This document shows positions 18,635-29,055 of a stretch of 64,000 nt of DNA, piece after piece. The DNA lies in the sequence record OQ420740.1, one strand, 5' to 3'. The notes under the pieces are model-generated. The model was not told the origin of the DNA. It worked only from the letters and a program-made list of their open reading frames with translations, and searched no databases. Within the stretch, counting starts at the first letter, position 1. Each line of letters opens with the position of its first letter. The translations under genes were made by a program, and so were the position numbers. Source of the stretch: Escherichia phage B9-1.

Positions 18635-20004
18635 TGGAAAAAGGGCAGTACGATGTAGGCACAGATGCTGCCCTTGTTGCAATCATGAGCGGTGAGAATG
18701 TCTTCGTAAGTGGACCTGGTGGAACCGGGAAGACATATCTTATCAACATGATCCAGTCCATGTATGGAGACTCTTGCATAACGGTTGCCCCGACAGGGGT
18801 AGCCGCTTTAAACGTTAATGGAGCAACAGCGCACCGAACTTTCGATCTTGCCGCAGGTGTGAGCATGGAGTCAGACTGGACAGCAATAAGGGCAAAAACA
18901 GCAAAGCCTCTGAAAAGCAAGGCATTTACCATCCTGATTATCGATGAAATCTCTATGATCCGTGCTGACAAGTTCATAGAGATGGATAGAAAACTCCGCT
19001 TTCTTCGGAAAAATGACAAACCTTTCGGAGGCATTCAGGTGTTATTGTTTGGAGATTTCTACCAAGCACCTCCAGTTGTCTCTTCTATGGAGAAAGAAGC
19101 CTACTTCAACTTCTACCACACAGACCTGTGTTGCTATACAGAATCTTGGGAGGATCTTAATCTTCACAACATAGCCTTAGTAGACCAGTTCCGTCAGGAA
19201 TCTGTTCGCTTCGCCACAATGTTGAACTGTGTTCGTGAAGGTCGTCGCATAAAAGAGGTTGTAGCAGAGCTTAACACTCGTTGCTATCATGGTGGTGTCC
19301 CAACAGATGCCTTGACCATCTGTGCCACCAATAAGCAAGCAGAGGAGGTGAACAGACGTTTCTATGATGCCATCAAGGCCCCAGAGAAGACCTACATTGG
19401 TAAAATGAAAGGTAAGTTCCCTTCCACACTACCTGTGGAGCAGGAAATGAGGCTGAAGATAGGGATGAAGGTTATGATAACCTCAAACGATGTTGACCCT
19501 ACTCACAAAGTTCCGTATTATGTTAACGGGACACGTGCCACAGTGGTAAAATTCAAGACCAAATCCGTAGTAGTTGAGCTAGAAGACGGAACACAGGTTG
19601 AAATTGAGCCAAGATTGTGGGAGAATAACGAGTACAAACCTTCCCAGAGGTACAATATTGCCGAAAGGAAGATGGAGAAGTTCATAGAGAGGGTTGTGAT
19701 CGGGTCTTATGAGCAACTTCCTTTGAAATCTGGGTACGCAGTAACATCGCATAAAAGTCAAGGACTTACGTTAGATTGTTACAACCTAGACCTCGGAAAG
19801 AACGGAGCTTTCTCTCCCGGAATGACGTATGTTGCCTTGAGTCGGGTTAAGACGATACAAGGAATAAACTTGTTGCGTCCATTAAGAGAGGTGGATATTA
19901 TTGTTGACCCGAGAGTCGTAGAGTTTTATAATACAACTTTCCCTGGCTTAGACGAGAAAGTCAGGAAAGATTTTGAAACTAGAGCAGAAAAGGGGGACGT
20001 ATGA
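18634..20004 (+). CDS. SF1B DNA helicase (Dda/Pif1/RecD-like)
   Basis: Track ORF 456 aa; Walker A SGPGGTGKTY; Walker B LIIDEISM; C-terminal GYAVTSHKSQGLT...YVALSRV. Confidence 0.85.
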   Translation: MEKGQYDVGTDAALVAIMSGENVFVSGPGGTGKTYLINMIQSMYGDSCITVAPTGVAALNVNGATAHRTFDLAAGVSMESDWTAIRAKTAKPLKSKAFTILIIDEISMIRADKFIEMDRKLRFLRKNDKPFGGIQVLLFGDFYQAPPVVSSMEKEAYFNFYHTDLCCYTESWEDLNLHNIALVDQFRQESVRFATMLNCVREGRRIKEVVAELNTRCYHGGVPTDALTICATNKQAEEVNRRFYDAIKAPEKTYIGKMKGKFPSTLPVEQEMRLKIGMKVMITSNDVDPTHKVPYYVNGTRATVVKFKTKSVVVELEDGTQVEIEPRLWENNEYKPSQRYNIAERKMEKFIERVVIGSYEQLPLKSGYAVTSHKSQGLTLDCYNLDLGKNGAFSPGMTYVALSRVKTIQGINLLRPLREVDIIVDPRVVEFYNTTFPGLDEKVRKDFETRAEKGDV

Positions 20005-20342
20005 GTTTGTGGAGAAATATCGTTAACTACGTGTGTGGCAATCCGACTCCTGAAGAGAAGGATGTTGTGATTCACGATTTTACTAAAAGATCTCGTGAAA
20101 AAGATCTACTGCTAACAAAGGTGACTGATAAAGATCCTGCAGTAGGGGACTGGGCAGGTTTTGCGTTTACATCGGACAAATACACCTTTAACAAAGGTGA
20201 CTACCTTGTTGTGGATTTTAACGAAGATATTGAGGGTGCTGAACCTTACTATCAAACCCTTATTGTTGCAGGGTGTGTTGATCTCTCTGCAGGCATGCAC
20301 AGTTTGATTCTTTTTGAGCTTGACTCTGAAGACCTTGAGTAG
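20001..20342 (+). CDS. Hypothetical protein (113 aa)
   Basis: Track ORF; overlaps helicase stop. Confidence 0.55.
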   Translation: MSLWRNIVNYVCGNPTPEEKDVVIHDFTKRSREKDLLLTKVTDKDPAVGDWAGFAFTSDKYTFNKGDYLVVDFNEDIEGAEPYYQTLIVAGCVDLSAGMHSLILFELDSEDLE

Positions 20343-20403
20343 TAAGATGTGAGTATAAAGGGGAGGCACTCCTCCCCACAAAAACTAAGGAGAGCACCAA
20401 ACG

Positions 20404-21747
20404 ATGAGTAAAACCAAATTAGAACTTACCTGGATAGGTAAGAACGAGCGCAAAAAGCTAGAGCCTCACATTTTGCGAGAAGATTCGAGCAAGTCTTATC
20501 ACGCCAGTAAAAAGGTGACCGAAAACGATATTTTTGATAATAAACTGATTTTTGGAGATAACTTACTGGCATTGAAGGCACTAGAGCAAGAGTATGCAGG
20601 CAAAGTGAAGTGTGTTTACATAGACCCGCCATTTAATACCGGAAGGGATTTTGAGCACTACGATGATAGCCTGGAGCACTCCATTTGGCTGGGCTTAATG
20701 CGGGACAGATTAGAAATAATTCGTAATCTGCTAAGCGATGATGGAGTGATATTCGTTCACTTAGATGACTGCGAAATGGCTTATTTAAAAGTCTTGATGG
20801 ACGAGATTTTTGGTCGTGCAAATCAGTTAAATACCATATCGATGACTACAAATTGCCCTTCAGGCTTTAAGGCAACAGGAACTACAGTTTTCTCCACAGC
20901 AAACTTTTTGCTTGTATATGCAAAAGATCGTACCAAGAAACCACTTAACAAAATCTATATACCTAAAGAGTATGATACGGGATATAACAAATATCTATTA
21001 AACCCAGATGACCATTATAAAAGTTGGACGTGGTGCGGTATTGCCGATGCGTTTGCAAAGGCCAATGGCTATAAAGATACAAAAGAAGCCAAGAAAAAAC
21101 TGCCTGATACATTTGATGATGAATTAGCACAATTTGCAATTGATAATGCAGAACGTGTATTTCAATCCGTTGCAATTGGCGGTGGTGCCAAAATAAAGAG
21201 AAAAGAAACTATCGAGAAGTCAAAGAAAGATAGGGATAAGGTTTATGTACATCCAAATGAGGATGTCGAAGGCTTTTATATCGCAAATGGTAGGCAAATG
21301 GTCTTTTATTCCAATAGGCTTTTGGAAATTGACGGTGAGATGCAGCCTGCTGAACTAATAACTGATGTTTGGACTGACATTAGTTGGAATGGAATAGCAA
21401 ATGAAGGGGGCGTTAGTTTCAAAAATGGAAAAAAACCTGAAGCGCTTTTGAAGCGGATTTTAAAAATGTGTACGCGAGAAGGAGATTTAGTATTGGATTC
21501 ATTCGGCGGTTCGGGGACTACTGCTGCTGTAGCTCACAAGATGAAAAGACGTTGGATCTCTGTTGAGCTAGGAGATCATTGTCATACCCATATTATTCCA
21601 CGCTTGCAAAAAGTGATCGATGGTGAAGATCAAAGTGGTATTTCTAAATCTGTAAACTGGCAAGGTGGTGGGGGCTTTCGTTATTACAAACTTGCCCAGA
21701 ACTTAGTTGTGAAAGATAAGCTTGACTCAGAAGAAGATTTAGAGTAA
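20404..21747 (+). CDS. DNA N6-adenine/N4-cytosine methyltransferase (beta-class)
   Basis: Track ORF 447 aa; motif IV DPPF then motif I LDSFGGSGTT; N-terminal LELTWIGK. Confidence 0.85.
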   Translation: MSKTKLELTWIGKNERKKLEPHILREDSSKSYHASKKVTENDIFDNKLIFGDNLLALKALEQEYAGKVKCVYIDPPFNTGRDFEHYDDSLEHSIWLGLMRDRLEIIRNLLSDDGVIFVHLDDCEMAYLKVLMDEIFGRANQLNTISMTTNCPSGFKATGTTVFSTANFLLVYAKDRTKKPLNKIYIPKEYDTGYNKYLLNPDDHYKSWTWCGIADAFAKANGYKDTKEAKKKLPDTFDDELAQFAIDNAERVFQSVAIGGGAKIKRKETIEKSKKDRDKVYVHPNEDVEGFYIANGRQMVFYSNRLLEIDGEMQPAELITDVWTDISWNGIANEGGVSFKNGKKPEALLKRILKMCTREGDLVLDSFGGSGTTAAVAHKMKRRWISVELGDHCHTHIIPRLQKVIDGEDQSGISKSVNWQGGGGFRYYKLAQNLVVKDKLDSEEDLE

Positions 21748-21803
21748 TATTTAAAATATCGAAGGAGAGGTCTACTCTTAACACAAGATAAGGAGAACAC
21801 CGA

Positions 21804-22109
21804 ATGATGAAGCGTTATAAACCATATACTTTTGAAATCGATTTCGAACTTGACAATATGCTCACTGTAGAGGCTCAGGCAGTTGTCCAGTTGCCAGATC
21901 CAGAGTGCCGTGATTCTGATGTTGATTATTATGGATTTAGACAGATTACTGATGTGCATGTTTACCACAACGGAGAAGAGGTGGATTTTCACCAACTGCC
22001 GAACGATATGCGCCACTCGATTTACAAACGGGCAGCACGTGAACTAGAGTCCTATCTGGATGCAGCAACAACAGCGGCTGCATTTGCTGAAGAGACAGGA
22101 GGTTTCTGA
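21804..22109 (+). CDS. Hypothetical protein (101 aa)
   Basis: Track ORF with RBS AAGGAGA. Confidence 0.55.
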   Translation: MMKRYKPYTFEIDFELDNMLTVEAQAVVQLPDPECRDSDVDYYGFRQITDVHVYHNGEEVDFHQLPNDMRHSIYKRAARELESYLDAATTAAAFAEETGGF

Positions 22110-22504
22110 TGATTACAGATGTGAAGATTATCCAATACCACCTAACCAAATTAGAAGATGCTGAAAAAGAGCTTTCAGAAGTTCTGAACAGTGGGTATAC
22201 TTTACTGACATGCTCCTGTTCAGACACATACATTGTGTGGACACTTGCTAAGAAGGAAGAACCAGCAGGAATCTTGGTGCCAAACCCTAAGATTATTAGT
22301 GAGGTGGACGACTACTCTCAGGATGGCCTACCAGAAGGCTGGGAAACATGGGAAGGTGGTGAAAACCCTGCACCAGGTAAGTGGGTAAAATACAAACTAC
22401 GTAGCGGTGCACAGTATGCTGACTACTCTGATGACCTAGACTGGAGTCACTCTTCACCAGGATCATCTGCAAGTGCATATGATATTGTTGCTTTTCAGGA
22501 ATAA
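22109..22504 (+). CDS. Hypothetical protein (131 aa)
   Basis: Track ORF; ATGA overlap. Confidence 0.55.
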   Translation: MITDVKIIQYHLTKLEDAEKELSEVLNSGYTLLTCSCSDTYIVWTLAKKEEPAGILVPNPKIISEVDDYSQDGLPEGWETWEGGENPAPGKWVKYKLRSGAQYADYSDDLDWSHSSPGSSASAYDIVAFQE

Positions 22505-22516
22505 GGAGAGAGTGTT

Positions 22517-22999
22517 ATGTCAGATTTTATGTGGAAGGTAGGCTACGCTGCTCCCGAGATGTGCAAGGCCTGCTTTGTGAAAATAGGCCGCGAGGATATC
22601 GACAAAGTTATCTTTAAGTTTCGTGATGTGGCTGTAATCGGCAACCGAGTGCTTAAGCACTTAAAAAATCTGAAACTCACCAAAAAGAAATTCTTCGGGC
22701 TTTTTGAAGAGAAAGTTGATGCTTGGACCCATTGCATTCAGGAAGCTAAATCTCACTACAGTGCTATTGTTACTCCAGAACGGGTAGCCAAGATGGAAGG
22801 ATTCATCAACAGCACGGAGTTTGAGTGCTTAAAAGCTGCCCTTGATAGTTATCCAAAGTGCCTCAAACATCTCGACAAGTATGTAGAAGAGGATGGGGAA
22901 ATGTATCTCACTCTGGATGCATACTATGAGATGCAAGAAATTTTAAATTTAGATTTGACATTGGTATCCACCGAGTATACAATAGGTATCCGGGTTTAA
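22517..22999 (+). CDS. Hypothetical protein (160 aa)
   Basis: Track ORF with RBS AAGGAGAG. Confidence 0.6.
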   Translation: MSDFMWKVGYAAPEMCKACFVKIGREDIDKVIFKFRDVAVIGNRVLKHLKNLKLTKKKFFGLFEEKVDAWTHCIQEAKSHYSAIVTPERVAKMEGFINSTEFECLKAALDSYPKCLKHLDKYVEEDGEMYLTLDAYYEMQEILNLDLTLVSTEYTIGIRV

Positions 23000-23005
23000 C
23001 ACTAG

Positions 23006-23032
23006 GCCCTGCCCGAAAGGGTGGGGCTTTTT
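23006..23032 (+). terminator. Intrinsic terminator (hairpin with G.U pairs, GAAA loop)
   Basis: GCCCTGCCC-gaaa-GGGTGGGGC then TTTTT; identical hairpin recurs at 33152. Confidence 0.7.
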
Positions 23033-23050
23033 GCATTAGGAGACAGCAAA

Positions 23051-23815
23051 TTGAAATTTATCTACAAAGAACACTACCACAAAGGTGTTGTGTGGAGTCT
23101 ATTTGACGGGTCTGGTGGTGCAGTTATTGACTGGGCAAAAGCTGGATATCTGTGCCTGTGCTTTAACGCAGAAGGTGCTGACCATGGCAGTTATGCAGAG
23201 GTGATAACCGATCATCCCAACATTCACTACGTGGATTATTGGATTGACCCGTGGTTCCCTCAAGAAACTTTTTGCATGTACCCAGCTCCAGACTTTATTC
23301 TTGCATTTCCTCCGTGCACGCATTTAGCAGTATCAGGTGCTGCACATTTTAAGAAAAAGCTGGCTAAGGACCCTCTGATTCAAATTAATGCTGTAAAAGA
23401 TGCTCGGGTTGCAGAAGAGTTGGGAGAGATTTACGATTGCCCGTGGCATGTAGAGAATCCTGTGGGAGTTATGTCCACACTGTGGCGAAAACCTGATTAC
23501 CGTTTTCATCCTTCAGATTATGGCGGGTATTTACCGGAGGATGATGTAAACCCCTGGTTTCCTGAATTTATAGCTCCACGGGATGCCTACCCAAAAATAA
23601 CTTGCGGTTGGATAGGCAATGGATTTATAATCCCCGCCACAAAACCTGTCCCGCAAATAGTTGATGTGGTTAGTGGTTATTCCATGCAACACGCTAAGCT
23701 AGGTGGAAAGAGTGCAAGGACGAAGATGATTCGAAGCCTTACACCACGTGGCTGGGCAAGAGCTGTATTCTTAGCAAACGAGCCTGCAGTAAGGAGAAGA
23801 ATTAATGGGCAGTAA
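23051..23815 (+). CDS. Putative C5-cytosine methyltransferase-like protein (TTG start)
   Basis: Track ORF 23021..23815 begins inside the terminator hairpin; TTG 23051 follows RBS AGGAGA; motifs SLFDGSGG (motif I), AFPPC (PC motif), VENPVG (ENV motif). Confidence 0.5.
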   Translation: MKFIYKEHYHKGVVWSLFDGSGGAVIDWAKAGYLCLCFNAEGADHGSYAEVITDHPNIHYVDYWIDPWFPQETFCMYPAPDFILAFPPCTHLAVSGAAHFKKKLAKDPLIQINAVKDARVAEELGEIYDCPWHVENPVGVMSTLWRKPDYRFHPSDYGGYLPEDDVNPWFPEFIAPRDAYPKITCGWIGNGFIIPATKPVPQIVDVVSGYSMQHAKLGGKSARTKMIRSLTPRGWARAVFLANEPAVRRRINGQ

Positions 23816-25883
23816 ATTCATGGCATCTGCATACAACCGTTTCGGTGAGCCAAACCCGAAAGCAACTAAGTATAAAAGTGGGGGAAGTGTGAAACGAGAC
23901 TATCGTGATGAAAAAGAAGTTGAAACTGTAGAGACTGTTTTAGAAAATACTAAAATTGTCCCTGTTCCACAACAAAATATTGGACTGATGGCTGCACAAT
24001 ATTTTGGTGTACGATCATCGCTATCCCAAGAGGATGGTGTAACTGTTACTGCCACCTACTTTCCGTATTACGACCGCTACGGTAATCTATCTGGCTTTAA
24101 AAAGCGTGACTGGACAATCCCTAAAGAGCAAAGGGGCCATTTCTCGGTTGTCGGCATAGTAAAGGCCAACTCCCAGATGTTTGGTCAAAAGCTGTGTGCA
24201 TCCTCCAACAACCGCAAGCAGATTAACGTTTGTGAGGGGGAAGGGGATGTTATTGCAGCGTGGCAGGCTGCATATCAGGTACAAGTAAAAGGAATTCTCA
24301 CCAATGCTAAAGCCCCAGCGAAGGTGAAGCAGTGGGCTAAAGAAGTCCAGGATGGGATCGATGCAGTTATCAACGGCGGCGATCTTGCAGGAAAACCATG
24401 CCTGCCTTTTGTTGGAATTAACTGCGGGTGTGCAAACGCAGTAGACACTTTTGCGAACAATGAGAAATTTATCCGTAGCTACGGAACAGTAGTCCTTGCA
24501 ATGGACAACGATGCAGCTAACGAGGTAGAGAAGCAAAAACACGTTATCAAAGGTGTTGAAGCTACGCATAATATCGCAGCATTTTTGATGGCTGACAACG
24601 TTTACCACGTGGAATACCCAGGTGAGGTAAACGACCCTGATGGTGTAAAAGATATTCGTGACATGCTGAAGGCTAAAAAGCTGGAAGATATTGTCAACAT
24701 GTTCCGTCACCCAGTCAAATATGTGCCTGATGCTGTATCTGATTTAGAAGACTTCTCCATTGAATCTCTTCGTAAGAAGACTTCCAATGGCGTGGATATT
24801 AGTGCAGAGTTCCCTAAACTGCAGAAGATGCTGAAAGGACTCCACAAAGGCACCTTGATGATGCTGACAGGCCCGTCTGGCGGTGGTAAAACAACTGTAG
24901 CCAAGAAGCTGGAACATTGCATTGCAAGATACTTGATGGATCCAACATGCCCTAAAGCTGATGATTATGAAGAGGATGATCGCCTGTGCCTGATTCACCT
25001 TGAAGAGGATCCTGAGGAAGCAATCAACTCTCTGTACGCTAACCAGCTGGGGTTTGATGTTAAAGAGTTTGTTGAAGACCCCAGTCAGTTCCTGACCGAT
25101 CAGGAGCACGCTGAGATTCATCAATCTTGGGCCAAGGCCGGAAAAATCAAAGTGTTCAAGCATTTCGGCTCCATCCCTGTAGATGAGCTGATCACTAAGC
25201 TTAAACAAATGGTGTGCCTGTATCACTGCCGTTACATTGTGCTGGATCACTTGTCTATGGTGATTTCAGGGCTTAATGTTAAGGATGAGCGTAAAGAGCT
25301 TGACATGGCTATGACTCAACTAGCCGCGTTCTGTAAGCAGTTTAATGTGTTTATCTTGGTGATTGCTCACCTGAAGCGCACAGAGATTGTACCTCCGAAG
25401 GATAAGGATGGAAATCCGTTACCTTTCTGGTACCCTGTACGAAAAGAGAACCTTCGCGGTAGTGCCGGATTGGAGCAACTTAGCTGGGTGGTTGTCGGGG
25501 TAGAGGCAGAGGAGATGGTGGATCGTTCCCGTGGACGTGTCCGACTGGTAGGTCTTAAAAACCGCCCAGCAAAAACCTTAGGTATTGCGGACACTCTAGT
25601 TATGGATCCTCACACAGGCAAGTTCCATGATGCCAGCAACTGGTACTGGGACAAAGAAATGCAGATGTTTACAGACGGGGAAGGTGGGGAGGTTGTTTGG
25701 AGACCTCAGGCTATGTTTGAGGATCAGGAGCATGCAGTTGTAGAAACACCTGTGGGCAAGGTTGTGGCTGATAAGGTTGTAACTCCTACTGTTAACCCTG
25801 TTGACACACAGGAAGACCTTCAGTATGATGATCCGTCCTCTAACCACGTTCCGGGTTTTGAAGACGACGAAACACCTTTTTAA
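23805..25883 (+). CDS. Primase-helicase (Toprim primase domain + DnaB/gp4-like helicase)
   Basis: Track ORF 692 aa; Toprim VCEGEGDVIA and VVLAMDNDAAN; Walker A LTGPSGGGKTT. Confidence 0.85.
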   Translation: MGSKFMASAYNRFGEPNPKATKYKSGGSVKRDYRDEKEVETVETVLENTKIVPVPQQNIGLMAAQYFGVRSSLSQEDGVTVTATYFPYYDRYGNLSGFKKRDWTIPKEQRGHFSVVGIVKANSQMFGQKLCASSNNRKQINVCEGEGDVIAAWQAAYQVQVKGILTNAKAPAKVKQWAKEVQDGIDAVINGGDLAGKPCLPFVGINCGCANAVDTFANNEKFIRSYGTVVLAMDNDAANEVEKQKHVIKGVEATHNIAAFLMADNVYHVEYPGEVNDPDGVKDIRDMLKAKKLEDIVNMFRHPVKYVPDAVSDLEDFSIESLRKKTSNGVDISAEFPKLQKMLKGLHKGTLMMLTGPSGGGKTTVAKKLEHCIARYLMDPTCPKADDYEEDDRLCLIHLEEDPEEAINSLYANQLGFDVKEFVEDPSQFLTDQEHAEIHQSWAKAGKIKVFKHFGSIPVDELITKLKQMVCLYHCRYIVLDHLSMVISGLNVKDERKELDMAMTQLAAFCKQFNVFILVIAHLKRTEIVPPKDKDGNPLPFWYPVRKENLRGSAGLEQLSWVVVGVEAEEMVDRSRGRVRLVGLKNRPAKTLGIADTLVMDPHTGKFHDASNWYWDKEMQMFTDGEGGEVVWRPQAMFEDQEHAVVETPVGKVVADKVVTPTVNPVDTQEDLQYDDPSSNHVPGFEDDETPF

Positions 25884-25941
25884 TGTTTAACCAAGAGTGG
25901 GAGGGGTAGTACAACCGCCTCCCCTTTAAGGAGAACTGTAT

Positions 25942-28719
25942 ATGAGCATGTGGTCGTTCGATTTTGAGGCCTCTGGCCTGCTGGAAGACCCAGATCTTTA
26001 TTATCACTGCGGTTTGTTTAAAGAGCTGAATAAGAACCGTTTTATGCTGTTCCTTCCTCTAAATGACCGCACACACTACTCTGAAGAGGATGTGGAGAAA
26101 GCTAAGAACTTCATTCTGGCAAAGAAGACCCTTTATACAGATTTTGATGTTCGCATAGCAGATTTTTCAGAGTTGGAGGGTTGGCTTACAGGTAACTCAG
26201 ACTGGTCACCTACAGCTTTGAACTGTCATAACTGCTACAGCTACGACTTTATGCTAATGGAGAGATTATCCGGTATTCATTTTGATATGTTCCGTGATCC
26301 TAAATGCATGGGGACTATCAACGACCACCAGGTTAATCTGTTCGATACGTTAGCAATGAGTCGAATCTTGTGGCCTGACCGCCCTTTGCCAAAAGGTTGT
26401 CCGGACGCAGTATTTAATCCAGTTACCAAGAAAATGCAGCCTGTTGGGCCTCATGGCCTTATGGCATGGGGCTATGCCCTTGGTAACCAGAAAGTTCAAA
26501 TCGATGACTGGCGTGAGCTTCCGCTGTGGAAGTATGTGGATCGTGTGTTCGAGGACGTTATCATTCAGGAGTTGCTCTGGAAGGAGTTGGTAGCTGAATC
26601 AAAAGGTGTATTCTACGGCAAATCTGACATGCAGAACTTTATGTACGATCCTGCCAAAGAGAAGCCGAAAGGCTTCAAGAAGATCACCTGGAAGAACGCA
26701 TTACGCCGAGGCATGTTACAGCACTTCCTGATGGAGCTGCAGGCTCGACAGGGGGTGTATTTCGACATAGATGGGGCTATTGCTCTACGTGACCGTTGCG
26801 ATGCGTGGATGAAAGAGATCGCTGATCGTGTTGAACCACAACTCCCTTTAAAAGAGCTATCAATGTCTCAACGGCCTAAGTTTCCTGAAAAGCCGTTTAA
26901 CCAGGATGGGACAATCTCCAATAATGGTTGGAAATGGTTAAAAGACAAGCTTGGCTACCCTGTGGACATGAGTGCTTTAGAGTTCAAAGCTCCTCCTAAG
27001 CGAGCATTTACCTCCACAGGGGATGTAAGTAAGATGGGGATAAAATGGTGTGAAGAGATGGGCTGTAAAGACCCCGATAAGATGGCTGATTTCTTGAGGG
27101 GGTATATCAAAGGAACTTCTACACCACACCCTTTACCTAAAGAGCTGATGGATCAGGCGATAAGTGACCTACAGCAGAAGCGAATGCCTGACTGCAAGAT
27201 ACCTATGAAAATCAGCAATCAGGACGACATCAAGCGATACCTGATCAGTGCTGGTTGGCTCCCAACAATGTGGAGAACTAAGGATGTAACTAAGGACAGC
27301 AAGAAGAAAGCTTTACCTGATGCAGATGTTGATGCACGAGTATATGCATATATGGACGAGCTTTTGGAGTCAGAGTATTGTGACCTAATTATCAACTTCT
27401 GGAACAAAACTGATGCTAAGTTCCAGACAACTGTACATAAGTTCAGAAGCTTCCCTAACTCTGAAAGAATTAAAAAGGAAGTGTTCGGGAAAATACGTAG
27501 AAAAGCCAGAGCGCTTATTACTTCTCCGCAACTGAAAGATACGTTTGGACACCTATGTCCGAATCTTGAAAAATTGAACGGAGAGATGGCTAAAGATATC
27601 GTTTTGTGGTTATCATTGCGAAACCGCAGATCGGTCCTTGATCCAATCAAGGAAGATAAGGTCGATACTGGTCTTCTTAATCATCCACGTTTGAAGATTG
27701 ACCACAAGCTTCCTGCTAAAAGTTCTGGATTAACAAACACTTCCAGACAGAAACATAGTATTTGTGCAAACATGCCTAAACCATCTCCTAAAGTGGTTAT
27801 GGGTAAAGAGATGCGTAGTCTGTGGGGTGTTCCTCCGGGATACTTTGAGATCGGTATTGACGGGTCCAACTTAGAGCAGCTCATCGGGGCCTGGGGTGCC
27901 TTTGAGTTTGACAACGGTCTGTATTATGATGTTGTAAGTAACGGGGACGCGCACCAAAACAATGCTGAGGCATATACAAAAGTAGCAGGTAGAGAGGTGT
28001 CTCGTAACGATGGTAAACCTATCACGTATGGGGTTATGTATGGGGCACAAAAAGATAAAGTTGCAGATATGCTGGATATCTCTCCAGAACTGGGGCAGAG
28101 AGTAATTGATGCTCTCTGGGATGCCAACCCAGGTCTTAAGGGGCGCAAAGAGGATCTGGAGAAATTCTGGGAAGCAACAGGTAAGAAATTTATCTACTCT
28201 TTTGACGGGCATGCCATTTGGACCCGCTCTAAACACTCTTTGCTTAATGCATATCAGCAAAATGGCGGTGCATCGTTGTGCGACTTGGTCGGAATCCTCA
28301 TGCACCACCAAATGGTGAAGCGTGGATGGTATGATGAAGGTGTTCGTCGTATTATTTATTACCATGACGAATATCAGCTTCAAGTGCCTGACACCCCTAA
28401 GTATAAAACTGTATACACCTTCGACACAATTGAAGAGCTGGAAACATTTAAAGCCCAACAAGAGGCTAAACTTCATGTGTTCGACGGTCATAAGTACAAA
28501 AAGGCACGCAAAGATGAGGACGGAAACGAAGTGGTTGACAAGGACGGAAATACGGTATACGATCCTATCTTGAACGATGACGGAAAGCTTGAACTTATCT
28601 GGAGCCCTGTGGGCGAAATGGTGGTGCATTGCTTCTGGCAGGCTTCTAAAATGATGGGCGTTCCGTTCCAGATCACAGGTGAATACTTGTGCGGTCGTAA
28701 CTGGGGCGATTGTCACTAA
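25942..28719 (+). CDS. Family A DNA polymerase
   Basis: Track ORF 925 aa; exo-like FDFEASGL; motif A GIDGSNLEQL; motif B GKPITYGVMYG; motif C YYHDEYQLQV. Confidence 0.9.
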   Translation: MSMWSFDFEASGLLEDPDLYYHCGLFKELNKNRFMLFLPLNDRTHYSEEDVEKAKNFILAKKTLYTDFDVRIADFSELEGWLTGNSDWSPTALNCHNCYSYDFMLMERLSGIHFDMFRDPKCMGTINDHQVNLFDTLAMSRILWPDRPLPKGCPDAVFNPVTKKMQPVGPHGLMAWGYALGNQKVQIDDWRELPLWKYVDRVFEDVIIQELLWKELVAESKGVFYGKSDMQNFMYDPAKEKPKGFKKITWKNALRRGMLQHFLMELQARQGVYFDIDGAIALRDRCDAWMKEIADRVEPQLPLKELSMSQRPKFPEKPFNQDGTISNNGWKWLKDKLGYPVDMSALEFKAPPKRAFTSTGDVSKMGIKWCEEMGCKDPDKMADFLRGYIKGTSTPHPLPKELMDQAISDLQQKRMPDCKIPMKISNQDDIKRYLISAGWLPTMWRTKDVTKDSKKKALPDADVDARVYAYMDELLESEYCDLIINFWNKTDAKFQTTVHKFRSFPNSERIKKEVFGKIRRKARALITSPQLKDTFGHLCPNLEKLNGEMAKDIVLWLSLRNRRSVLDPIKEDKVDTGLLNHPRLKIDHKLPAKSSGLTNTSRQKHSICANMPKPSPKVVMGKEMRSLWGVPPGYFEIGIDGSNLEQLIGAWGAFEFDNGLYYDVVSNGDAHQNNAEAYTKVAGREVSRNDGKPITYGVMYGAQKDKVADMLDISPELGQRVIDALWDANPGLKGRKEDLEKFWEATGKKFIYSFDGHAIWTRSKHSLLNAYQQNGGASLCDLVGILMHHQMVKRGWYDEGVRRIIYYHDEYQLQVPDTPKYKTVYTFDTIEELETFKAQQEAKLHVFDGHKYKKARKDEDGNEVVDKDGNTVYDPILNDDGKLELIWSPVGEMVVHCFWQASKMMGVPFQITGEYLCGRNWGDCH

Positions 28720-28770
28720 TGTAAACTATCAACACACGGAAGTGTTGTTAGACAAAGAGAGGAGACTTTT

Positions 28771-29055
28771 ATGGTAGTAGAACCAACAAAAACATTTACC
28801 TCCATGACTATCCCTGTCATTATGCAGGTAGAGTGCGTTCAGGTGTCCCAAGTGTGGCCCGGTACTAAAATTCCAACAGGGCCCGATTTCTTTCAGGTCG
28901 GCAAAGTGTATAATGTCTGGAAGGCACCGGATTGTTATCCTTTCATCAAAGATGACCGTGGGATGCTGTGGTATCTTGGAAATGATTTGACACTGCATCT
29001 TGGAAATGCTATTATTGCAGTGTTCCGGCTCAACAAGAAGGAGACAGATCAATGA
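28771..29055 (+). CDS. Small protein, GKVY/WY paralogue family (94 aa)
   Basis: Track ORF; FFQVGKVYNVW...DDRGMLWYL shared with next two genes. Confidence 0.55.
   Translation: MVVEPTKTFTSMTIPVIMQVECVQVSQVWPGTKIPTGPDFFQVGKVYNVWKAPDCYPFIKDDRGMLWYLGNDLTLHLGNAIIAVFRLNKKETDQ

Noticed and set aside
18179-19034. Minus-strand ORFs 18179..18682 and 18615..19034
   Set aside because: Antisense to the helicase and the upstream gene, which have strong motif support.
23021-23050. GTG start at 23021 for the C5-methyltransferase-like gene (track coordinates)
   Set aside because: It lies inside the terminator hairpin; TTG at 23051 with an AGGAGA RBS 7 nt upstream is more plausible. The start remains uncertain.
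24087-28716. Minus-strand ORFs of 143-281 aa inside the primase-helicase and DNA polymerase genes (24087..24710, 24744..25250, 27219..27650, 27871..28716)
   Set aside because: Antisense to genes with clear catalytic motifs; no RBS context; low-complexity translations.
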